Source of the DNA: Planctopirus limnophila DSM 3776
GTDB taxonomy: Bacteria > Planctomycetota > Planctomycetia > Planctomycetales > Planctomycetaceae
NCBI RefSeq assembly: GCF_000092105.1
Contig: NC_014148.1
Coordinates: 900,001 to 932,000 of the forward strand
Direction of reading: 5' to 3'
Length of the DNA: 32,000 nucleotides
Of the stretch, positions 17,542 to 24,718 are shown one piece after another (position 1 is the stretch's first letter; each line of letters starts with the position of its first letter). The position numbers and the translations under genes are program-made. A model generated the notes under the pieces. That model was not told the DNA's origin. It was given only the letters and a program-made list of their open reading frames with translations, and searched no databases.

Positions 17542-18315
17542 TTAATGGGCGGGAGTCCAGACAGGACTGCCAGGAGCTGTTGGTCTGGCCTGAACTGGTT
17601 GCAGGAACTGCACTGGCTGAATCGTGGTTGGTTGAACGGTGGTTGCTGGAACAGGTGCTGCTTGAGGCATGGCCGCTTCAAAGCTGACTGTCTGCAAAGG
17701 TGTGGGCCCAGAAGCCTGCACAGTCGCCATTGGGCTGCCGACTGGTGTTGGCCCCTGAATGATCACGCCTGGCAGCCGCTGAAACTCTTCATAAGAGACT
17801 TGTTGCGGCTGCATCTGTGCAAACTGGCTTTGTGGAGTGCTCATTCGCTGGCTCGAATTGAATTCGGGAATTGGCATCGGGGTCATCGGAGACATCGGAG
17901 CAGGAGTTGTCACTGGGGGCACAGGTGGTACGGGTGCCATTTGGCTGGCTGCCGGCGCACTCGGCATGTAATTGGCGCCCACACTGGCGGCAGAGCCGCA
18001 TGATGAACAGCCACCGGTATCGCCGCCGAGGAGGAAGCCACCAGCGCCACCACATCCGCAATCATCAGTCGGAGTTGCCATGCCGCAGCAATCGCTGCCA
18101 CCTAAACCAAAGCCACCGCATTTTCGGGCAGCACGCTTGGCTCGCCAGTGCTGAACTTTTCTTTGGAACCAGGTGCTGTGTCCGCAGCCAGCAATCACAG
18201 CTTCACAAGGATCCGGGGTGCAGGGATTCACGCAGGCGTATTGCCGCGGGCAGCAACAGCCGGCGGCAAACATAATGGCCATTGCAGCCATTCCAAGGGA
18301 AAGTAGCGACTTCAT
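17542..18315 (-). CDS. Cys-rich / Pro-rich putative lipoprotein, function unknown
   Basis: MKSLLSLGMAAMAIMFAAGCCCPRQYACVNPC carries a signal peptide with a lipobox-like AAGC. A Cys/Gly-rich block (DCCG..DDCGCGGAGG..GGCSSCG) is followed by a P/Q/T/V-rich low-complexity tail. The start at 18315 is chosen over 18426 because it yields the signal peptide. Confidence 0.65.
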   Translation of the reverse strand: MKSLLSLGMAAMAIMFAAGCCCPRQYACVNPCTPDPCEAVIAGCGHSTWFQRKVQHWRAKRAARKCGGFGLGGSDCCGMATPTDDCGCGGAGGFLLGGDTGGCSSCGSAASVGANYMPSAPAASQMAPVPPVPPVTTPAPMSPMTPMPIPEFNSSQRMSTPQSQFAQMQPQQVSYEEFQRLPGVIIQGPTPVGSPMATVQASGPTPLQTVSFEAAMPQAAPVPATTVQPTTIQPVQFLQPVQARPTAPGSPVWTPAH

Positions 18316-18892
18316 GTCATGTCCTTGTGAGATGCAGTTGCGGAGGGGTTCGAGGCGGGATTTGTGAAAACAGGCAAGACAGGAGATCTGCAGGTCAATC
18401 TCCCTGTGAGGCATTGCACCCCACAATCAGGTTATCGGCATGATGATTGGGCAAACTTTGACGCTTTAGTCTTTTTTCCAGATTTTTTTTGAGATTTTCT
18501 CAGGCTTGCGCTAAAGTCTGACACCACCACAGGTTCAACAATCGCAAGCTCTTTCACAATCGGCCTGAGAATGTTGAATCCGGGCGTTTTTGGAAAATTT
18601 CCATTTTTTCGAGTTTTCCGTGCGAACCTCAACAGCCATGATTGCGTCATAGTCTGCGTGGCGATAATGCATTCGTAATCACTGGGATTGTTGAAACATC
18701 TCTTGATGTTTTCTGTACAGATCGCCAGTATTCATTGGGCTTTGTGAAAGCCTAAGGTTAACGAGTGTGTTTCTTGATGGGCTTGCCGAGTGGCACCCAC
18801 CACACATGATTGAGTGATCAGGAAAGAACCGAAACAGCTTTACAGTTCGATTCCAAAAAGGAAGCTGCGGCAAGTCCGCAGGGGGTTTAACG

Positions 18893-19294
18893 ATGAACCA
18901 GTTCAACGGCATTGCTATTGCAAACACCACGACCATTGTCGCCGCAAACATTGCGACAGTCGCCGCCGCCGCTCTGGGTCATCGTGGATCGACACGTCTT
19001 GATAATTCGTTACTCAAGATGTCGAAACGATCACCCCATCACGAAGAGTCGTTTTCCACGGTGAATGAATCACCCTGTTATCTGCGTAGTTATCGACCCA
19101 GCGAGGTCGTAGTACGTCAGGTACAGGTTGTACAGCCGGGGCAAGGAAACGACTTGTGCTGCGTCAGTGATCCGCAAGTCTCCGTCTGGATGATGCCAGT
19201 CAGCTTTTGGCTGAATTGGCTTTCAGGCGGCAGATGGCAGGCTTTCGGTGCAATAAGCACCGGTTTTGGCCTGCAGCCTGTTTGTGCTGGCTAA
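18893..19294 (+). CDS. Hypothetical ORF (weak support)
   Basis: This 133-aa ORF has GGGGG 7-11 nt upstream of its ATG. I recognise no motif, its composition is atypical, and the opposite strand has a competing 90-aa ORF (18679-18951). Confidence 0.25.
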   Translation: MNQFNGIAIANTTTIVAANIATVAAAALGHRGSTRLDNSLLKMSKRSPHHEESFSTVNESPCYLRSYRPSEVVVRQVQVVQPGQGNDLCCVSDPQVSVWMMPVSFWLNWLSGGRWQAFGAISTGFGLQPVCAG

Positions 19295-19781
19295 TTGCCA
19301 GTTCAAGCACAGCGGTCGTCTGCAACGGAAGATTTCTCCAGTTTGGCTGGCGAAGTCTTTATCACAGGTCAACTCAAGCAGAGTTCCTTCGTCGCAGGCC
19401 GATCCGCAACGGATGACTGAATCGAGTTCCCCTGCGGTTGATCTGAAGCTTTCGCTTCATCAGCCGTAAAGGTTCTCGATGCAGGGAGTGGCAAATGGAA
19501 AACCTCCTTTTGACCACATTGGGCATTTCTCACAGGGTTGTTTCCCTGGGGATCTGCAAATGACTTCCTGAATTTCCTGCTTGTTTTCTGGCGGCATCGT
19601 CAGGCAAAGCACCTCCTGCTCAGCGGATGGCGTTCTACGAGTGAACTCGGCAGATGTCCCCTCCTCGCGATCAGTCCCATGGCTTTGTCTCGACCGCATC
19701 AAAACAGCAGAACAGTGATATCTGCCTGAGCCACGGTGGCCTTTATGCCCGAGGGTGAATGCAGGTTGGGATCGAATAAAT

Positions 19782-20336
19782 ATGGTTGATGAATTGGAAT
19801 TGTTGCAGTTAGTGGAATTGGCTCAATCAGGTGACCGGCAGGCTTTCGGTGTGCTCGCCCGGCAGTTCGAATCGACGATTTTCGCGATTGCTTTGCGGCG
19901 ATTGCGAAATCGGACTGAAGCTGCCGAGCTGACACAGGATGTCCTGGTTCAGGCCATGCGGAAGCTGCCTCAGTTGCGGGAACCAGAACGGTTTGCCGGC
20001 TGGTTGCGGCGAATCACCGTGCGGATGGCCATCAACCGGGTAGTCCGTCGCCCGAAGGAAACGATCAGCAGCCCCGAAATCTTCGGAAACATCCGGGGCG
20101 AAGGTCGGTCTCCGCTGGAGCATGTTTTGAAGGGTGAAGCGGCGGGAGAGGTGAAGGCTGGGCTGCGAAAGCTGCGGGCATTGGATCGAGCCACGTTGTT
20201 GGCCTTTTACTTTGAAGGTCAATCACTGATCGAAATGAGCCAGCAGTTCCAGAGTCCGGTCGGCACTATCAAGCGCAGGCTCCACACAGCTCGTAACCGA
20301 TTGAAGGATGTGCTCACACATCTTCAGCCGGCTTAA
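19782..20336 (+). CDS. ECF-type RNA polymerase sigma-70 family factor
   Basis: Region 2 is DRQAFGVLARQFESTIFAIALRRLRNRTEAAELTQDVLVQAMRKL...FAGWLRRITVRMAINR. Region 4 is LRALDRATLLAFYFEGQSLIEMSQQFQSPVGTIKRRLHTARNRLK. The longest ORF starts with GTG at 19755. Confidence 0.92.
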   Translation: MVDELELLQLVELAQSGDRQAFGVLARQFESTIFAIALRRLRNRTEAAELTQDVLVQAMRKLPQLREPERFAGWLRRITVRMAINRVVRRPKETISSPEIFGNIRGEGRSPLEHVLKGEAAGEVKAGLRKLRALDRATLLAFYFEGQSLIEMSQQFQSPVGTIKRRLHTARNRLKDVLTHLQPA

Positions 20337-20410
20337 GTTCTGTGGAGGACGCCCCGCACATGTCCATCCGCAAAACTCTTGAACCGGCCGATTTATGGTG
20401 TTCAGTAACG

Positions 20411-20444
20411 ACAGCCCGCGACATGAGCTCATGTCGCGGGCTGT
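20411..20444. repeat. Perfect 34-nt palindrome; probable bidirectional terminator hairpin between convergent genes
   Basis: ACAGCCCGCGACATGAG|CTCATGTCGCGGGCTGT is perfectly self-complementary. It lies between the ECF sigma stop (20336) and the response regulator stop (20574). Neither side has a clear U-tract. Confidence 0.6.
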
Positions 20445-20573
20445 TCTCATACACTTCATCAATTTGCTCTATGAATCATAAGTCAAGAGGTCATCATGTC
20501 GAAGAATTTGTCCCGACCCACACATCCTTTGAGAATCAACTCCCCACTTGACGAAGTGAAGTCCTGAGATTGG

Positions 20574-21923
20574 TTACAGATCAATCCCGAGTTCTTCGAT
20601 CTTTCGGTAGAGGCTCGACAGGCCCAGTTTGAGTCGTTTTGCCGCTTCTCGTTTGTCGGGGCAAAGCTTTAGAACTCGAAGAATATGCATCTTCTCGTAG
20701 TGACGAATCGCTGTTCGCAGATCATCGGTATCAGGCAGTGGTTGAGAGATTCCCACGAGATCTGGTGGCAGGTCTTTGGGCGTAATCTGCGTTGAATCAC
20801 AGAGCATAACCGCCCGTTGAATGGCATTATCGAGCTGCCGGACATTCCCTTTCCAGTTCGCAGTCAGCAACAGGCGGATCGTTTCACTGGTGGCACTGGT
20901 CACGCGGCGATTCATCACTTTGCTGTGGCGGGCGATAAAAAAATCGACCAGTTCCGGGATATCGTCGAGCCGGTCTCGAAGTGGAGGAATAAGCAACTTC
21001 ACTCCGTCCAGCCGGTAGAACAGATCGTCCTGAAAGCGTCCTTCAGCAATCTCCTGTGCCAGGTCGCGCGACGACGACGCGATGATACGGCAGTGAATTT
21101 TGGCGGCATCAGCGCTTCCTAACGGGAGTACCTCACTGTATTCCATAGCTCGCACGAGTTTGGCCTGCATGGCTAGTGGCAGCAGAGTGATTTCATCCAG
21201 GTAGACAGTGCCGCTCTCCGCAGACCGAAACGCTCCCGATTGTTCACCACTCCCTGGAATTGTTCCCGCCGCTGCTCCAAAGAGCTGGCTCTCAAGCATT
21301 TCAATCGGGCGCATACCGCAATGAATCGCCAGAAACCGCTCGTCTTTTTTGGGCCCCCACTTATGGATCATGCGGGCAAATAGTTCTTTCCCGGTACCGG
21401 ATTCACCCACCAGCAGCACATTGGCATTGGCTAAAGCCACTTTTCGGGCAGAATCCTGAACTTCGCGCAGAATCGTGCTGGAACCGACAATCTCATCGCC
21501 ATCATCCCGGCGGGCTAACTCGCGCCTTAGGATCTGGTTTTCGAGATACAGATCGCGGTATTGAAACAGTCTGGCCAGCTTATTGGCGAGATCATCGAAG
21601 ATCACCGGCTTGACGAGATAATCAAAAGCCCCGGACTTAAACGCTTCGACCGCATTCTCGACTGTGGCGTAGGCCGTGATGATCAAGCCGGAAACTCCGG
21701 GCGTAATCTGCTGCAGCTTGCGGAGCAGCGCCAGACCATCACCATCCGGGAGCTGAACATCACAGACCGCAACTTGAAACTCACGTTCTCGAGCCAGCTT
21801 CAAAGCCGTGGCCACATTGGGGGCCGCCATGGCCTGATAGCCTTCATCCGTCAGAAACTCCAGCAGCGATGTCCGGATGATCTCTTCGTCTTCAACGATC
21901 AGCACACTGCGGGTGTATTTCAT
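20574..21923 (-). CDS. NtrC-family response regulator: receiver + sigma-54-interaction AAA+ domain (PF00158) + Fis-type HTH, with a non-canonical GAFTGA loop
   Basis: The receiver domain has VLIVEDEEI...VAVCDVQLPDGDG...KP. The AAA+ domain has Walker A GESGTGKE, Walker B VYLDEI and GNVRQLDN. The C-terminal HTH is REAAKRLKLGLSSLYRKIEELGI. The GAFTGA position reads GTIPGS (21249-21266). The ATG at 21923 (MKYTRSVLIVEDE) is preferred. Confidence 0.9.
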   Translation of the reverse strand: MKYTRSVLIVEDEEIIRTSLLEFLTDEGYQAMAAPNVATALKLAREREFQVAVCDVQLPDGDGLALLRKLQQITPGVSGLIITAYATVENAVEAFKSGAFDYLVKPVIFDDLANKLARLFQYRDLYLENQILRRELARRDDGDEIVGSSTILREVQDSARKVALANANVLLVGESGTGKELFARMIHKWGPKKDERFLAIHCGMRPIEMLESQLFGAAAGTIPGSGEQSGAFRSAESGTVYLDEITLLPLAMQAKLVRAMEYSEVLPLGSADAAKIHCRIIASSSRDLAQEIAEGRFQDDLFYRLDGVKLLIPPLRDRLDDIPELVDFFIARHSKVMNRRVTSATSETIRLLLTANWKGNVRQLDNAIQRAVMLCDSTQITPKDLPPDLVGISQPLPDTDDLRTAIRHYEKMHILRVLKLCPDKREAAKRLKLGLSSLYRKIEELGIDL

Positions 21924-22007
21924 GTGGCCGTCTTTGTCACAGCAACTGGTCATCTGGTATGAAAAGCTCACTGAAATTCAGAGTTTTCGCAACCTGTCAA
22001 AAACCCC

Positions 22008-22964
22008 TTAAGCAATCACTTTGGAGACGCTGATATCAACCCATGTATGAAATTCAGCATCTGGAGCCAGAACTCGTAGACCGGCTGATAACCCCTGACT
22101 CTCCAGATTAATGGCATCAGTGGGGCAGGTATAAGGTTCTATACAGATTGAAGGTCGCCCTGCTGGAGTATAGACCACCACATCGCGAAAGATCGGTGGG
22201 CAGGTCTGCACCACTTGCAGGCCGGCAGCTTCGTCAATGAGCGTCATATCGAACTGCGGGCCGTCATAATCGAGCGAAGTGAAAATGTCGTCGAGCTTCA
22301 AAGTCGAGACATATTCACCACTTTGGAAGTCCAGCTCGTTCTGAATGGCGTCGATCTTCCCTGTGGGCAGACTCTCCACCAGTTCAAACTGCTGAGTGAC
22401 AGGGAGTTCAATCACGCAGTCTTCCCACCGACCCCGGGCAGAAAGTGGCAGGCGAAAGTAAGGATGCGTTCCCAAGCCCCACGGGATGGGTCTGGAACCA
22501 ACATTGGTAATCCGGAAATTCGCACGCAGCCGGTTATGAATGAGTTCGTAATCGACGCACAGCAGGAAATCACCCGGCCAGAGGCTCATGCGATCAGGAG
22601 CATCGACACTTAACTGGAATTCGCCGGTCACAAAATCATTCCCATGAGCCGTCACACGCCAAGGACGGTCGTAAACAAATCCGTGGATGGCATTCTTTCC
22701 CTGCGAGTTCAGAGGGAGCTGATAATCCTGGCCTGCCCAGCGGAAGTGACCACTGCGAATTCGATTCGGGAATGGAAAAAGGATCGGAATCCCACCGCTG
22801 GAAGGTTTCGCAGTCCCCAAGGCAAAATCTGCCGGTGCATCCAGCACTTCCACCGGCTGCCCGTCAATCACGGCTGTGAATTGGAAGCAGTTGAACCCCA
22901 GGTCGGGAAGAATGGTGGCCTTGGCACCCGTCTGCTGATCAATGAGTTGGATTAAATTTGTCAT
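22008..22964 (-). CDS. Aldose 1-epimerase (galactose mutarotase-like) family protein (PF01263)
   Basis: GIPILFPFPNRI, NAIHGFVYDRPWRV and GLGTHPYFRLP match conserved aldose-epimerase family blocks. The product is 318 aa. Confidence 0.8.
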   Translation of the reverse strand: MTNLIQLIDQQTGAKATILPDLGFNCFQFTAVIDGQPVEVLDAPADFALGTAKPSSGGIPILFPFPNRIRSGHFRWAGQDYQLPLNSQGKNAIHGFVYDRPWRVTAHGNDFVTGEFQLSVDAPDRMSLWPGDFLLCVDYELIHNRLRANFRITNVGSRPIPWGLGTHPYFRLPLSARGRWEDCVIELPVTQQFELVESLPTGKIDAIQNELDFQSGEYVSTLKLDDIFTSLDYDGPQFDMTLIDEAAGLQVVQTCPPIFRDVVVYTPAGRPSICIEPYTCPTDAINLESQGLSAGLRVLAPDAEFHTWVDISVSKVIA

Positions 22965-23096
22965 GAAACGAAAGCTTTCGAAGGGGCTTTTGCATGGAAA
23001 CGCAAATCCATCCCCTGCGGATCATAGGCAACTTGATAAACTCGGTGGAACGGATGATAACGACTTTTGTCCGCCGATACCTCTCTCTCGAGAAGG

Positions 23097-23126
23097 TCTT
23101 CACCATCTGGATCTTCACCATCTGGA
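23097..23126. repeat. Perfect 15-bp tandem duplication (TCTTCACCATCTGGA x2) in a divergent promoter region
   Basis: The two units at 23097-23111 and 23112-23126 are identical. They lie between divergent starts at 22964 (-) and 23243 (+). Confidence 0.7.
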
Positions 23127-23242
23127 GAAGTGCAGAGCAACGGCCCTGTGACATACCAACCTTTCATCAGCACCGAGAATCAACTCGTAACAAGCACCAC
23201 TGATTTCCTTGTTTTTCGCTGACCTGGATCCTGGGATCATTG

Positions 23243-24334
23243 ATGAACTTTCTGCAGATCGGAAACAAACTGTCAGGCTTAGAACAACGAAAACTGCGCT
23301 GGATTGGCCTGGATGAAGCGGGGCTGGGACCGAACCTGGGACCGCTCGTGATTACCGCCACGGTCTGGGAAACCCCCCTTGCCTGGTGGCCTTCCTCAAC
23401 TCAAGGTCAAATTCCTCAGTGTCTGAATGCCGCATCGAACACATTCTGGGAAAGCCAAAGTAGCGCCATCACCCAGACGACTTCGCGTGAGGAGACACGC
23501 CTGCACATTGCCGATTCCAAAGCCGTCTACTCGACATCACGCGGCCTCGACTCACTGGCCGCATCTGTCAATGGGCTGCTGCATGTGTGGCATGCCGGCG
23601 CTGATTCTTCCTGCAAAAGCCTTCCGGCCAATATCGGAGAGCTGGTTGATCTGGTCGAACAATCGTCGCCCGCAAAACATCAAACAAGCGAAATCATCGA
23701 ACCCTGGTTTGCTGACTTGAAGGCCATTCCATTACCAGGTCAACAGCTGACTTCAGTTCAGGAAAGTGCCATCTCGAATTGGCTCAATGTCTGCTGCGAG
23801 GCACAGATCGAGTTGACAGCGATTCATTCCCGAGTCGTCTTTACTCCGGAATTCAACTATCGAGTGAAGAGTACAGGCAATAAATCAACCGCAGTCTCAG
23901 AAATCGCCTTCGAATTAATGCAAAAAGCTGTTCAAGAAATACTGGCGAACGATCCCGCTGCGCCGATCCTTCTGCTGAGTGATCAGCATGGTGGCCGCAA
24001 AAACTACGAGGCTCTATTAGCCAATTACTTTCCAGATGCCTGGTGGAAGACTTTGCCTGCCACCGGTGAAGGTCGCTACTATCTGGCAGAAAATATTTTT
24101 GCGTCGTTTGCCCCCCGTAGTGAAAGCTATCTACCAGTCGCAGCAGCTTCTCTGGTATGTAAGTATCTACGCGAATGCTGTATGCACGCTTTTAATCACT
24201 GGTGGTTGCAGCAACTCCCAAAGATTAAACCCACTCAAGGTTATCCGCAGGATGCGCGACGTTTCCGTGCCGAAATCGTCGAGTATTGCCAGAAACATCA
24301 ACTCGAAGAAGATCTCTGGTGGCGTTGCAAGTAG
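23243..24334 (+). CDS. Divergent, enlarged RNase HII-fold protein (PF01351-like)
   Basis: IGLDEAGLGPNLGPLVITATV aligns with GVDEAGRGPLAGPVV. HIADSKAVY aligns with DSKKL. LLLSDQHGG aligns with LIDG. LPVAAASLVCKYLRECCM aligns with ISAASILAKVTRD. TQGYPQD aligns with HKGYPT. At 364 aa it is much longer than the roughly 200 aa of canonical RnhB. Confidence 0.65.
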   Translation: MNFLQIGNKLSGLEQRKLRWIGLDEAGLGPNLGPLVITATVWETPLAWWPSSTQGQIPQCLNAASNTFWESQSSAITQTTSREETRLHIADSKAVYSTSRGLDSLAASVNGLLHVWHAGADSSCKSLPANIGELVDLVEQSSPAKHQTSEIIEPWFADLKAIPLPGQQLTSVQESAISNWLNVCCEAQIELTAIHSRVVFTPEFNYRVKSTGNKSTAVSEIAFELMQKAVQEILANDPAAPILLLSDQHGGRKNYEALLANYFPDAWWKTLPATGEGRYYLAENIFASFAPRSESYLPVAAASLVCKYLRECCMHAFNHWWLQQLPKIKPTQGYPQDARRFRAEIVEYCQKHQLEEDLWWRCK

Positions 24335-24350
24335 CTCTTGCTAACTCCTG

Positions 24351-24659
24351 TCAGCCATTCGTGCCGGGTGGTGTCCTGCGGAAGAGTGGCGAGATGGTTT
24401 GCCAGATTGTCGTAAAGCCTTGCCTCAGCCCTTGCCAGAGCCATTGAGTGGCAAAGCGCAGGTTGGCTCCCACAGACGATCGATCGTAAGCCACAAGATC
24501 AACCAGCAGCACCGCAATCCCGGCTCCGAGCATCATCTTCCAGAGCGGTGTATCTCCCGCCATGTATTCGATCAGTTTGATGATAAAGTCGGTCGCAGCA
24601 ATCGCCAGCATGACAAAACCTGCCGATTGCAAAGGACGCTGTCGGACAGGCTCACTCAT
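24351..24659 (-). CDS. Small two-TM membrane protein, function unknown
   Basis: The 102-aa product has two hydrophobic helices (AGFVMLAIAATDFIIKLI and MMLGAGIAVLLVDLVAY). It lies 60 nt downstream of the sulfatase gene on the same strand. Confidence 0.55.
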   Translation of the reverse strand: MSEPVRQRPLQSAGFVMLAIAATDFIIKLIEYMAGDTPLWKMMLGAGIAVLLVDLVAYDRSSVGANLRFATQWLWQGLRQGFTTIWQTISPLFRRTPPGTNG

Positions 24660-24718
24660 GACTCTCTCCTGGATTTCAACACTCCGACAATCTCACCGAT
24701 AGAAAATCTATATCGTCT

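Noticed and set aside
20342-20551. A 69-aa ORF directly after the ECF sigma gene, as a possible anti-sigma factor.
   Set aside because: It has no TM helix and no zf-HC2 (H-x3-C-x2-C) motif. It reads straight through the 34-nt palindrome, where MSSCRG appears in both strand translations, so it is an artefact of the hairpin.
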